Below, piece after piece: positions 9,610-19,954 of a DNA stretch of 64,000 bases (position 1 is its first letter; each line of letters begins with the position of its first letter). Below the pieces are notes generated by a model. That model saw only the letters and a program-made list of their open reading frames with translations. It made no database searches and was not told the origin of the DNA. This DNA is from Chitinophagaceae bacterium. GTDB lineage: Bacteria > Bacteroidota > Bacteroidia > Chitinophagales > Chitinophagaceae. Location of the stretch: the NCBI GenBank assembly GCA_044350285.1, contig JBILHX010000001.1:2646-66645 (forward strand), written 5' to 3'. Made by a program: the position numbers and the translations under genes.

Positions 9610-11322
9610 ATGAAAAAGAGAAATCATTTTGTAAAGCCTTTCTTGGTTTTTGTTGGCATTGTTTTGGTGGTCAATATCCTGTCGTTTCAATTTTATGGCG
9701 GTATTGATTTGACTTCGGAAAAGCGTTTTACCGTATCTGAACCAACAAAAAAATTAGTGGCATCACTTGAAGAGCCGATGGTCTTGACTGTTTATCTCAA
9801 GGGTGAAATGCCTACCGGGTTTAAACGCTTGGCCAATGCTGCAGAAGACTTGGCCAATGCATTTAAAGCCGAAAGCAATGGAAACTTCGATATAGTATTT
9901 GAAAGGCCAGGAGTGGGACTAGAAGATACCGCAAAAGCCTTGTTGTTTGATTCTTTGCAACGGATGGGAATCAACCCCACCAATGTCAAAGCACAGCTTA
10001 AAAAAGGGGAACAGACAGAAGAAACCTTGTTGTTTCCTGGAGCAATCCTAACAGGAAGGGGCAGGCAAGTTGCCATCGATTTTCTTGAAGGGCAGAGCAA
10101 CCTGAATGGATTGGAGTCGTTGAACACAGCCGAAGCACTTCTTGAATATAAAATCGCAAAGGCCATCATTCATGTTAGGCAAGATACCTTGCCCATGGTC
10201 GGTTATTTGGTTGGGAATGGGGAGCCGCTGGATATGCGGGTGTACGACTTGATAGAAAGGGTTCTCAGAAAGGAATATAGGTTCAGTATCATCCCGATAG
10301 ACAGCATTGGGCACATTCCTGAAGTATTTGATGCTGTTGTGCTTGCAAAACCAACAAAGCAGTTCAATTCGGTACAGAAGTTGAAAATAGACCAGTATAT
10401 CATGAATGGAGGGAAAATGTTGTGGGCCGTGGATAATTTATTCGCAAGCATGGATAGTTTGCAAAGGAGCAGTGGCTCTTTCATTGCTTTTGATATGGGG
10501 TTGAATCTGGACGACCAGCTTTTTAGGTATGGCGTAAGAATAAATAGGGACTTGGTGCAGGACCTAGAATCTGACAAGGTTCCTTCCGTGATTGGCAGTG
10601 TTGGTGGAAAGCCACAGATTGAGCTGCTGCCATGGCCTTATGCACCATTGTTGAGGGACGGAAGTGGGCATCCCATTTCAAAGAACCTCGATTATGTGCT
10701 TTCCTCATTTCCGCAGTCAATAGACACCGTTGCTGTTGATGGAATCAAGAATCATCTGTTGTTAACGACTTCAGATCTTTCAAGGTCGTTGCAAACCCCT
10801 GCCATGGTAGAGTGGAAGAGCATTAAAAATGAGGAAGACCTCAGCCGGTTTACAAAAAAGCAAATTCCTGTGGCAGTATTGCTCGAAGGGAAGTTTCGTT
10901 CGGTTTTTTCAAACAGGCTTAGCAAAGGTCAGCTCGATACCTTAAGGCAAATGCAACAAAAAGATTTTCTGAACGCATGCAATGAGGAGACCAAGATGAT
11001 TGTTCTTTCTGATGCAGATATTTTATTGAATGGCGTCAGCGAGCAGGATGGCCCATTGCCCATGGGTATGAATTCTTACACCAGGGAACAGTTTGCCAAC
11101 AAGGAGTTCATCAGCAACAGCCTATTCTATTTAACTGCAGGAGCGGACATCATGGGTGCGCGGGCAAAAACGTATCAGCTGCGTTTGTTGGATAAGTCGA
11201 AGTTGGAGAGCGACAGGGTATTTTGGCAATTTGTCAATATATTAATGCCACTTGCATTTCCATTTCTGTTGGCCTTGATTTTCCCTTATTTGCGCAAGCG
11301 AAAATTTGGATATCAATCATAG
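9610..11322 (+). CDS. gldG: Gliding motility ABC transporter substrate-binding protein GldG
   Basis: IDLTSEKRFTVS, IDQYIMNGGK, LFRYGVRIN.DLVQD, ANKEF, C-terminal TM helix. Confidence 0.9.
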   Translation: MKKRNHFVKPFLVFVGIVLVVNILSFQFYGGIDLTSEKRFTVSEPTKKLVASLEEPMVLTVYLKGEMPTGFKRLANAAEDLANAFKAESNGNFDIVFERPGVGLEDTAKALLFDSLQRMGINPTNVKAQLKKGEQTEETLLFPGAILTGRGRQVAIDFLEGQSNLNGLESLNTAEALLEYKIAKAIIHVRQDTLPMVGYLVGNGEPLDMRVYDLIERVLRKEYRFSIIPIDSIGHIPEVFDAVVLAKPTKQFNSVQKLKIDQYIMNGGKMLWAVDNLFASMDSLQRSSGSFIAFDMGLNLDDQLFRYGVRINRDLVQDLESDKVPSVIGSVGGKPQIELLPWPYAPLLRDGSGHPISKNLDYVLSSFPQSIDTVAVDGIKNHLLLTTSDLSRSLQTPAMVEWKSIKNEEDLSRFTKKQIPVAVLLEGKFRSVFSNRLSKGQLDTLRQMQQKDFLNACNEETKMIVLSDADILLNGVSEQDGPLPMGMNSYTREQFANKEFISNSLFYLTAGADIMGARAKTYQLRLLDKSKLESDRVFWQFVNILMPLAFPFLLALIFPYLRKRKFGYQS

Positions 11323-11379
11323 TTTCACAGCCGTTGTAATGATTATCTTTGCAGACTTAACGAAAATAAAAATCGATAA

Positions 11380-12342
11380 ATGAATCCAGATCAAATTACG
11401 TATTTAACTTTTGGGGTGTTGTTAGTTGGGGCGTTGGTGTTTGATCTCGGCTTGATGAGTAAAAAAAATGAGGTAGTGAGTATTAAGAAAGCCCTCATTC
11501 AAACCTTGTTTTGGGTAAGTTTATCGTTGGCTTTTTGTGTTTTTCTTTGGGTGGAAAAAACGCCTGTGGTGGCAACAAAATATTTTGCTGCTTATTTGAT
11601 GGAATGGTCATTGAGCATCGACAATATTTTTGTTTTCATACTCATTTTCACCTACTTCAAAATTAAGTCTGAGGATGCCGGCAGGGCTTTGTTGATAGGT
11701 ATTTTATTGGCGATTGTTTTTCGCATTATTTTTATCGCCCTTGGAATTGAGTTGATCAACCATTTTCATTGGATTCTTTATGTGTTTGGGGCTTTCTTGC
11801 TGTATACGGGATTTCATTTATTTTTTAAAAAGGATGAAGCTGAATTTGATCCAGGAGAAACGAAGGTTTACAAGATAATTACAAAGTTTTTTCGGGTCAC
11901 TACACAGGAACCCCATGGGAGATACATCATCAACATACACAACAAGGTATATTTCACCAACTTGGCAGTAGTGGTTTTTATGTTGGCTGCGGTGGATGTA
12001 GCGTTTGCGTTGGATTCCATCCCAACCGTTGTTTCATTGGTGCGGGAAAAAGCGACAACAAGCTTTACCTCAGACGATATCCTTGTTATCTATTCATCAA
12101 ATATTTTTGCGGTACTTGGTCTTCGTTCCTTGTTTTTTCTTCTGAAAGGAGCTGTCGATCAGTTTGATTTCCTTCAGCAAGGCATCGCAGTCGTTCTTAT
12201 TTTCATCGGAATTAAAATGCTTATAGAGTTTTTCGGGATTCATTTGTCAATAGGGGTTTCATTGCTAGTCATTGTTTTATGTCTAGCAGCATCCATACTT
12301 TATTCCATCCAAGTAAAAAGGCAGAAGGCGAGAAAAAAATAA
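11380..12342 (+). CDS. TerC/Alx family metal homeostasis membrane protein
   Basis: EWSLSIDNIFVF, FALDSIP, SNIFAVLGLRSL; TATCTTTG promoter box at 11344-11351. Confidence 0.92.
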   Translation: MNPDQITYLTFGVLLVGALVFDLGLMSKKNEVVSIKKALIQTLFWVSLSLAFCVFLWVEKTPVVATKYFAAYLMEWSLSIDNIFVFILIFTYFKIKSEDAGRALLIGILLAIVFRIIFIALGIELINHFHWILYVFGAFLLYTGFHLFFKKDEAEFDPGETKVYKIITKFFRVTTQEPHGRYIINIHNKVYFTNLAVVVFMLAAVDVAFALDSIPTVVSLVREKATTSFTSDDILVIYSSNIFAVLGLRSLFFLLKGAVDQFDFLQQGIAVVLIFIGIKMLIEFFGIHLSIGVSLLVIVLCLAASILYSIQVKRQKARKK

Positions 12343-12351
12343 ACAAATTCC

Positions 12352-14832
12352 ATGGCTGGCTATCATTCGAGTGAGATTCAAACGTTGATCCAAGCCCAGC
12401 CTTTGGGAAGAGAATCATCTGATTTCTTGGAACATCTGTTGATAGACAGCCGTAAGCTTGTATTCCCAAAAACAACCCTGTTTTTTGCAATAAAAACATC
12501 AAAGCGTGATGGGCATCAATTCATTGGTGAACTGTACAGAAGGGGAGTAAGAAATTTTGTTGTGGAAGAGCAAATCGAGCTCGATAATTATCCTGCAGCG
12601 AAATTTTTATTGGTGAAGCAAGTGATTCATGCGCTGCAAGTACTTGCGGCAAGCCATAGAAAAAAGTTTAATTACCCTGTCATAGGAATTACAGGTAGCA
12701 ACGGTAAAACCATTGTCAAGGAATGGCTCAATCATTTGTTACAGCACTCATTCAACATAGTGCGAAGTCCACGCAGTTACAATTCTCAATTGGGTGTTCC
12801 CTTGAGCATCTGGCAAATGAGGGAAGATAATAATCTTGGGATTTTTGAAGCCGGTATATCTGCTGAAGGCGAAATGCAACAACTCGAAGATATTGTGGCC
12901 CCAACAATAGGCATCATTTCGAACATTGGTGAGGCACACAGTGAAGGGTTTGAGTCAATCTCCGATAAGTTAGCTGAGAAATTGGTTTTGTTTAAGCGTA
13001 GTCAGTTTTTGGTTTATTGCAAGGATCAAGTAATAGTAGATGAGGCAATTCAAAAAAAAATAAAAGAAGGGCCATTTCCTGAAACCATAACCTGGGGTGT
13101 GAACAATGATGCTGATATCAACATTCTTGAAAAAAAAGTTGGATCTGGAAGAACCGAAATAAACGCATCCCATAAAAATAAAGCATACTCTTTTTCAATC
13201 CCTTATTCAGACCCAGCTGCCATCGAGAATGCGATGCATTGTTTTGCTACAGCAATTGTTTTGGGGAAAGCCGAAGAGGTGTTGCCGCAGATGGGTGATT
13301 TGCCGCCTTTGTCGATGAGGCTTGAAATCAAGGAAGGTCAAAATCAATGCACCCTTATCAACGACAGTTACAATGCGGATTTGAACGGGTTGTTGAGTGC
13401 GCTGGAGTTTATGGGGATGCAAGGAGAGCAGGAGAAGCGAACAGTGATTTTGTCAGATCTAGCAGGCGTGGCAGGGGATTTTGCTGCAATGTATGCGACC
13501 ATAGCAGCACATTTGCATGAAAAAAAAGTGAGCAGGATTGTTGGCATAGGAAGGGCTTTTCTTGATCATGCCAACGCATTTTCAAGAGAAATCTTTCAAG
13601 TTGAGTTGTATGAAACCACAACAGAATTTCTGAAAAAATTTCATTCATCTTCTTTCAGGAATGAAATCATCTTGATAAAAGGAGCAAGGGCTTTTAGGTT
13701 TGAGCGTATCAGTCACTTGTTGGAAAGAAAAGTTCATCAAACCAGGCTTGAAATTGATTTAGGGGCCATCACAAACAACCTAAAAGCCTATAAAAGCAGC
13801 TTGCATGCAGGTACGGGAATCATGGTCATGGTCAAGGCTTTTTCTTATGGGGCGGGAAGCTATGAGGTGGCCAATCTGCTGCAGTTTCATCGTGTTGAGT
13901 ACCTTGCAGTTGCCTATGTGGATGAGGGTGTTGAGCTGAGGAAGGCGGGAATTCATTTGCCTATCATGGTGATGAATACCGAGGCACAGGCTTTTCCTGA
14001 ATTGCTAGAATACAACCTGGAACCTGAAATATATTCTATTGAGATTGCCAATTTGTTTCATCAGTACCTACTAAGTGAAGGCATTGCTTATTTTCCCATA
14101 CACATCAAATTGGATACGGGCATGCACCGATTGGGTTTTGAGGAAGGGAATCTTCAAGAACTGATCAACAGCCTCAGCAAGGGGCATGTTTTTAAGGTAC
14201 AGTCGGTTTTTACCCATCTCGTAGCTTCGGAAGATCCTGCCGAGGATGGGTTTACCAGAAGCCAGGTTTCAGCATTTGATAGAAGTTGTGCATTGATTCA
14301 AGCCTGCCTGGGGTATTCATTTTTGCGACATGCAGCCAACACCGCAGCAATCAGTCGTCACCCCAATTTACAATATGATTTGGTGAGGCTAGGCATAGGA
14401 TTGTATGGAGTAGATCCTGGTAATTCAATGCTTGAGCTGGTTGAATCAGGGACTTTGAGAACTACCATCTCACAAATCAAAGATGTTAAGGCCGGGGAAT
14501 CGGTGGGATATGGGAGAAAGGCAATCCTTAAAAAGGATTCAAGAATAGCCACCATAAGGATTGGTTATGCAGATGGATATCCAAGAAATTTGGGGAATGG
14601 CAATGGTTCCGTATGGATCAATGGCCAGTTGGTGAAAACAGTAGGAAATGTGTGCATGGACATGACCATGGTTGATATCACGGAATATCCGGGCATTCAT
14701 CTAAATGACGAAGTGGTTATTTTTGGAAAGGAAAATTCAATTAAAAAAGTTGCTGCAGATGCGCAAACAATCGCTTATGAAATCATGACAGGCATTTCTC
14801 AGCGGGTTCCGCGTGTCTATTTTGGCGAATAG
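12352..14832 (+). CDS. alr: Bifunctional MurF-like ligase / alanine racemase fusion
   Basis: N-terminal Mur ligase (GITGSNGKT, INDSYNA, LIKGAR); C-terminal racemase (MVKAFSYGAG PLP Lys, HIKLDTGMHRLG, GYADG, VCMDM). Confidence 0.93.
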   Translation: MAGYHSSEIQTLIQAQPLGRESSDFLEHLLIDSRKLVFPKTTLFFAIKTSKRDGHQFIGELYRRGVRNFVVEEQIELDNYPAAKFLLVKQVIHALQVLAASHRKKFNYPVIGITGSNGKTIVKEWLNHLLQHSFNIVRSPRSYNSQLGVPLSIWQMREDNNLGIFEAGISAEGEMQQLEDIVAPTIGIISNIGEAHSEGFESISDKLAEKLVLFKRSQFLVYCKDQVIVDEAIQKKIKEGPFPETITWGVNNDADINILEKKVGSGRTEINASHKNKAYSFSIPYSDPAAIENAMHCFATAIVLGKAEEVLPQMGDLPPLSMRLEIKEGQNQCTLINDSYNADLNGLLSALEFMGMQGEQEKRTVILSDLAGVAGDFAAMYATIAAHLHEKKVSRIVGIGRAFLDHANAFSREIFQVELYETTTEFLKKFHSSSFRNEIILIKGARAFRFERISHLLERKVHQTRLEIDLGAITNNLKAYKSSLHAGTGIMVMVKAFSYGAGSYEVANLLQFHRVEYLAVAYVDEGVELRKAGIHLPIMVMNTEAQAFPELLEYNLEPEIYSIEIANLFHQYLLSEGIAYFPIHIKLDTGMHRLGFEEGNLQELINSLSKGHVFKVQSVFTHLVASEDPAEDGFTRSQVSAFDRSCALIQACLGYSFLRHAANTAAISRHPNLQYDLVRLGIGLYGVDPGNSMLELVESGTLRTTISQIKDVKAGESVGYGRKAILKKDSRIATIRIGYADGYPRNLGNGNGSVWINGQLVKTVGNVCMDMTMVDITEYPGIHLNDEVVIFGKENSIKKVAADAQTIAYEIMTGISQRVPRVYFGE

Positions 14833-14890
14833 TTTTGGTTACTTTATACAGTCATCAACCTCTTGTCTTATATTTGTAAAAACGAGCATA

Positions 14891-15583
14891 GTGAAGCTTA
14901 AACATGTTTTTCTTTTAACGATTTTGATATTGCTGGTAGACCAACTATTAAAGGTTTACATAAAGACCAATTTTTATCTTGGACAAGAGAAGGTGCTCAT
15001 CAATGCATTGCCATGGATGAGGCTTCATTTTATTGAAAATGAAGGGATGGCCTATGGATGGAAGCTTGGAGGAGGTTGGGGTAAAATAGCGCTGACTGTC
15101 TTTCGTTTGGTGGCTGTAATAGTTGGAACTTTTTATATCAAAGGGGTTATAGAAAAAAAGTACCATGTTGGGTATATCATTTGTGTGACCTTCATTTATG
15201 CTGGAGCTATCGGCAACTTGATTGACAGTTTGTTTTACGGAATGATATTTGAATTCAGTGATCCTTATGGGCAGAACTTGGCTTATGCCATTTGGCAAAA
15301 AGGATTTCAAGGCGGTTATGCAAATTTGTTGCATGGCAAGGTTGTGGACATGCTTTATTTTCCCATTATAGAAGGTGCAACATTTCCTAGTTGGGTGCCA
15401 ATATGGGGAGGAGAATCATTTGAATTTTTCAGGCCTGTTTTCAATATTGCTGATGCTGCCATTTCAGGTGGCGTAATTTCAATCCTTGTATTTCAAACAA
15501 AATTTTTTCCAACTGTTGCTGCAGAAACCCTAAAAGCAACAGAACCCATTTCAACAGAACAAAACGAATCGCCTACAGAGTAA
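14891..15583 (+). CDS. lspA: Lipoprotein signal peptidase II
   Basis: DQLLK, NEGMAYG, GAIGNLID, GKVVDM, PVFNIADA; GTG at 14891 follows TATATTTG box at 14869-14876. Confidence 0.92.
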   Translation: MKLKHVFLLTILILLVDQLLKVYIKTNFYLGQEKVLINALPWMRLHFIENEGMAYGWKLGGGWGKIALTVFRLVAVIVGTFYIKGVIEKKYHVGYIICVTFIYAGAIGNLIDSLFYGMIFEFSDPYGQNLAYAIWQKGFQGGYANLLHGKVVDMLYFPIIEGATFPSWVPIWGGESFEFFRPVFNIADAAISGGVISILVFQTKFFPTVAAETLKATEPISTEQNESPTE

Positions 15584-15599
15584 AGGGCGCCCAATCAAT

Positions 15600-17147
15600 T
15601 TAGCCACCCCATCCTTCCCTGTCTAGGTTCCTGAATTGAATGGCTTCGGCAATGTGTTCTGTGGCTATTGAATCGCTTGATGCGAGGTCTGCGATTGTTC
15701 TGGCAACCTTCAATATCCTATCGTAAGCCCTTGCAGAAAGATTGAGCCTCTCCATGGCTTTTTTGAGCAATGTTTGGCTGGCTTCATCCAACTGACAGAT
15801 TTTCTTTAATTCTTTTGAGCTCATTTGGGCATTTGAGTAAACGCCGGGGTTGTCTAAAAACCTTGTAGCTTGAATTTTTCTAGCTTCAATAACCCTGTGC
15901 CTGATTTCTCCGGATTTCTCACTGTTTTGTGTTGAAGTGAGTTGCGAGAAGGCAACGGGTGTTACTTCAACATGCAAATCGATTCTGTCCAATAAAGGAC
16001 CTGATATTTTGTTGAGGTATTTCATGACTGCACCGGGTGGACAAGTACATTTTTTTTCTGGATGGTTGTAGAACCCGCAAGGGCAAGGGTTCATGGAGGC
16101 CACTAGCATGAATGATGTTGGGAAGTCAATGGCAATTCTTGCTCTTGAAATGGTTACTTTCCTTTCTTCCATTGGTTGCCTCATTACCTCCAAGACAGTC
16201 CTTTTGAATTCAGGTAATTCATCGAGGAAGAGCACGCCGTTGTGCGCCAGCGATATTTCCCCGGGTTGGGGTGTGGATCCACCTCCAACCAAGGCTACAT
16301 CGCTGATGGTATGGTGTGGACTTCTGAAAGGCCGTTTTGTGATGAGGCTGGCATGTTCCGCCAACTTGCCTGCAACGCTGTGGATTTTTGTGCTTTCAAG
16401 AGATTCTTCGAGTGACAATGGAGGTAGGATGGAGGGAAGTCTTTTCGCAAGCATGGTTTTCCCGGCGCCGGGCGGACCGATGAGAATTACATTGTGTCCG
16501 CCCGAAGCCGCGATTTCAAGCGCCCTCTTAATATTTTCTTGGCCTTTTACTTCTGAGAAGTCGGCATCAAATTTTTCTTGTGCTTGATAGAATTCGCGTT
16601 CAACATCAATTTTTATCGGGGTAAAAGATTCACCTTCTTTTCTGATGAAATCAACAACCTCCTTTAATGTTCTCATGCCGTAAACATTAAGGCCACTTAC
16701 CATGGCTGCTTCACGGGCATTGGTAATGGGAACAAGAAGCCCCCTGAATCCTTCTTTTCTGGCTTGAATTGCTATCGGCAATGCGCCTCGGATAGAACGG
16801 AGTTCTCCATCCAAACTCAGTTCTCCCATCATGATGTTGTCTGTCAGGCTTTTTGATATTTTTAATTGCTCTGATGCAGCGAGTACGCCAATGGCAATGG
16901 GAAGGTCGAATGCCGTTCCGCTTTTTTTGAGATCAGCCGGCGCAAGGTTCACAACGATGCGGGTGCGTGGCATGTCGAAACCATTTGATTTAATGGCACT
17001 TTCTACCCGTTGCATGCTCTCCTTTATTGCACTGTCGGGCAACCCTACAATGCAATAGTCTTTGCCTTGGGCTGTCCAATTAACTTCAATGGTAATGGTT
17101 GTTGCCTCAACTCCATAAACTGCGCTGCCAAAAGTCTTTATAAACAT
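15600..17147 (-). CDS. comM: YifB/ComM family Mg-chelatase-like AAA+ ATPase
   Basis: VNLAPADLKK, GPPGAGKTM, PFRSPHH, GVLFLDELPEF, NPCPCG, GPLLDRID, SARAYDRILKVARTIADL. Confidence 0.93.
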   Translation of the reverse strand: MFIKTFGSAVYGVEATTITIEVNWTAQGKDYCIVGLPDSAIKESMQRVESAIKSNGFDMPRTRIVVNLAPADLKKSGTAFDLPIAIGVLAASEQLKISKSLTDNIMMGELSLDGELRSIRGALPIAIQARKEGFRGLLVPITNAREAAMVSGLNVYGMRTLKEVVDFIRKEGESFTPIKIDVEREFYQAQEKFDADFSEVKGQENIKRALEIAASGGHNVILIGPPGAGKTMLAKRLPSILPPLSLEESLESTKIHSVAGKLAEHASLITKRPFRSPHHTISDVALVGGGSTPQPGEISLAHNGVLFLDELPEFKRTVLEVMRQPMEERKVTISRARIAIDFPTSFMLVASMNPCPCGFYNHPEKKCTCPPGAVMKYLNKISGPLLDRIDLHVEVTPVAFSQLTSTQNSEKSGEIRHRVIEARKIQATRFLDNPGVYSNAQMSSKELKKICQLDEASQTLLKKAMERLNLSARAYDRILKVARTIADLASSDSIATEHIAEAIQFRNLDREGWGG

Positions 17148-17232
17148 GATGTGAAGGTAGTGGCATGATCCTTTTCAGGTTTGAGGATTATCCCTTAATT
17201 TGGCTGTTTTATGGCCTTCGAAAAAAGTTGTT

Positions 17233-18573
17233 TTATGGATTTTTATCGGTGTTTTTCCCGATGTTGTTGAGCAAGTCTATAACACCTTCTTTTTGTAGGA
17301 TGAGGTATCCCATCCGATCTTGGCTTATGCCTTCTTTTAGTTGATAGCTAAATTTAAGTTCGTTGTCTTCCAATTTTGTTTCAAAGTATTTGAAGCTGAT
17401 GGAGGTGTATTTTTTCAGTTCCTCACCAATTTCATAAAGGTGCGTAGAAAGGATGAAGAGTCCATTTTTCATGTTGATGAGTCCTCCAATTACTGCCAAC
17501 GAGCACTTCATCGCATCTTGGATATTTGTGCCTTTAAACAGCTCATCTATCAGCACCAACCACCTTTTTCCATCGCTGATGCGAGACACCGTGTCGCGAA
17601 TTCTTTTTACTTCATTGAAGAAATAACTTTCGCCTTTCACGATGTTGTCTTCAACATTGATGTTGCTGAGGATGCCATCAAACAGCGTCAGTTCCATTTT
17701 TTCTGCGGGTACACCCATGCCCAAATGCGCCAGATACACGGAGAGCCCCAAACCCTTGATGAGCGTGCTTTTCCCTGCCATGTTTGCTCCTGTCAGGAAT
17801 ATGAAATTCTTCTCTTGGTTGAGTTGAACATGGTAGCTCACTGGTTTTGTGAGCATCAAGTGGCGTAGGTTTATGGCGCTGATTGCAGGTAAATCATCCT
17901 TCAAAAATATGGGTGTAGAAAGGTTCATTTGGTGGTTGGCCATGGCCATTGAATACCAGGCATCCAAGGTCCCATATAGGGTGCAAAGGGTTCTTACTTG
18001 TTTTACAAATTCAACATGAAAAAACCTACCATAATAAAGGGTTTCTGCATTGCTAAAATCATTTGCAGTTGATTTGTTTTTTAATCCCGCCAGTTTTGGA
18101 TGAGAAAGGATCTTTTCTGTTTGGCTAAGTATTAAATTCAGCTTGTCGGGTCGTTTCTTTTCTCCAAAAAAACGGTGTATCTCTTCATAGCCTTTGATGA
18201 GTTCAAAAAATTGTTTTAACGAAAACTCAATCATTGAATGGTCTGCTGGATGAATCCATTTATAGACGAATGCGTTGACAGGATTGAGGTTTTCTGGAAT
18301 CTCGCTTGGATTGTCATCCAAGTATTTGTCAATGACAAGCAATGTTCCATTGGTGATTCTTTCAGGCCATGCAGTCAGTTTCTCTCTGATAAGTTGTAGA
18401 ATTTGTTGAACCTGCTCAATATCATTAAATGCATTAAGCGGTTCCACAAAAAATTTCATCAGTACTCCTTTCCCCTGTTGGGTTCTTGTGAAGTCAATCC
18501 GATGAAAGAGCGAGAATTCTTCTTCCTTGTGAAAAACAGACAGGTCGTATAAGGTTGTTTTGTCTACACGCAT
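17233..18573 (-). CDS. MutS-related ATPase (domain V; no mismatch-recognition domain)
   Basis: LTGANMAGKST Walker A, GESYFFNEV, LIDELFKGTN, STH. Confidence 0.85.
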   Translation of the reverse strand: MRVDKTTLYDLSVFHKEEEFSLFHRIDFTRTQQGKGVLMKFFVEPLNAFNDIEQVQQILQLIREKLTAWPERITNGTLLVIDKYLDDNPSEIPENLNPVNAFVYKWIHPADHSMIEFSLKQFFELIKGYEEIHRFFGEKKRPDKLNLILSQTEKILSHPKLAGLKNKSTANDFSNAETLYYGRFFHVEFVKQVRTLCTLYGTLDAWYSMAMANHQMNLSTPIFLKDDLPAISAINLRHLMLTKPVSYHVQLNQEKNFIFLTGANMAGKSTLIKGLGLSVYLAHLGMGVPAEKMELTLFDGILSNINVEDNIVKGESYFFNEVKRIRDTVSRISDGKRWLVLIDELFKGTNIQDAMKCSLAVIGGLINMKNGLFILSTHLYEIGEELKKYTSISFKYFETKLEDNELKFSYQLKEGISQDRMGYLILQKEGVIDLLNNIGKNTDKNP

Positions 18574-18587
18574 TGTTTAGCTCTGCA

Positions 18588-19931
18588 TTATTTTCGGTCA
18601 AATTTCAAACGCATTCCTCTGTATGATGCATCAACTAGGCCATTTTCATATACAGGATAGCCATTTACAAAAGTTTTTTCTATAGAAGCGGGCATTTGAA
18701 AACCTTCGAATGGGCTCCATCCACATTTGTATAAGATGTTTTCTTTTGAAACGGTCATTTGCTTGTTCATATCAACTAAAACAAGGTCTGCAAAATATCC
18801 TTCCCTGATGAAGCCTCTTTCTTTGATGTTAAAGCAGGTTGCAACATTGTGGCTCATTTTCTGCACCATTTTTTCAAGCGATATTTTCCCTTGAAGGTGG
18901 TAGTGGAGCATCAATTGAAGGCTGTGTTGAACCAACGGCAAGCCGGCATGAGACTCCGTGTAGCTGCCAAATTTTTCCTGCATCGTATGTGGGGCATGGT
19001 CTGTTGCAATCACGTCCAAACGGTCGTCCAGCAATGCCTCCCAAAGCGCATCTTTGTTATCTGATGATTTGATGGCAGGATTGCATTTTATTTTATTTCC
19101 AAGGGTAGCATAATCATCTGCTGTGAAATGAAGGTGGTGTACACAAACTTCACAAGTGATTCGTTTGTCTTCCAAAGGAATCATGTTGGTAAACAATTGA
19201 ATTTCTTTAGCAGTGGAAATATGCAAAATGTGAAGCCTGGTGTTGTTTCTTTTGGCTAGTTGAACAGCCATCAAGGAAGATTCAAAGCAGCCTTCAACAT
19301 CACGGATACGCGGATGGTCTGATGCTTCCAACGTACCTTTTTCAGCAAGTATTCTTTCGAGGTTGGATTTGATGATGCGTTCATCCTCGCAATGAGTGGC
19401 AATGAGCAGTTCGCTTTTTCTAAAAATGTTGTCGAGGGTAAGATGGTTGTCTACCAACATGTTTCCGGTAGAAGATCCCATGAAAATCTTGATTCCACAA
19501 ACATCTTCTTTCTTCTCATTTGTTCTGAGCACTTCCTCTTCATTGTCGTTTGATGTTCCCATGAAGAAGGAATAATTGGCAGGAGATGAGTTTGCTCCGA
19601 TTGAATATTTTTCTTCCAGCAAGGCTTGAGTGAGGGCTGCAGGCCTGGTATTTGGCATTTCCATATAGCTTGTTGTACCTCCTGCAACAGCTGCACAAGA
19701 TTCGCTGTGGATATTTGCTTTGTGGGTTAGTCCGGGCTCCCTAAAATGCACTTGATCGTCTATGACGCCGGGCAATAAGAACTTGTTTTCTCCGTTAATT
19801 TCTCTTGCATTATATTTATTATCAATTACTTGATCAATTTTAAGTATCCTATGGTCACCAATAAGAACGTCTCCTATGTATATTCGTCCCTCGTTTACAA
19901 TCTGCGTATTTTTAATGATAATTTTAGACAT
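18588..19931 (-). CDS. pyrC: Dihydroorotase
   Basis: DDQVHFREPG, EMPNT, HILHIST, IKCNPAIK, IATDHAPH, KCGWSPF. Confidence 0.92.
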   Translation of the reverse strand: MSKIIIKNTQIVNEGRIYIGDVLIGDHRILKIDQVIDNKYNAREINGENKFLLPGVIDDQVHFREPGLTHKANIHSESCAAVAGGTTSYMEMPNTRPAALTQALLEEKYSIGANSSPANYSFFMGTSNDNEEEVLRTNEKKEDVCGIKIFMGSSTGNMLVDNHLTLDNIFRKSELLIATHCEDERIIKSNLERILAEKGTLEASDHPRIRDVEGCFESSLMAVQLAKRNNTRLHILHISTAKEIQLFTNMIPLEDKRITCEVCVHHLHFTADDYATLGNKIKCNPAIKSSDNKDALWEALLDDRLDVIATDHAPHTMQEKFGSYTESHAGLPLVQHSLQLMLHYHLQGKISLEKMVQKMSHNVATCFNIKERGFIREGYFADLVLVDMNKQMTVSKENILYKCGWSPFEGFQMPASIEKTFVNGYPVYENGLVDASYRGMRLKFDRK

Positions 19932-19954
19932 AAGTCGCGTTTATAAGATTTACC

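Noticed and set aside
8884-11322. gldF-gldG without gldA
   Set aside because: gldA is normally unlinked in Bacteroidota
11323-11379. yybP-ykoY riboswitch upstream of the TerC/Alx gene
   Set aside because: Only 57 nt intergenic with a promoter box inside; no room or motif for the aptamer
12352-14832. MurF-Alr fusion plus a second murF as a novelty
   Set aside because: This arrangement is common in Bacteroidota
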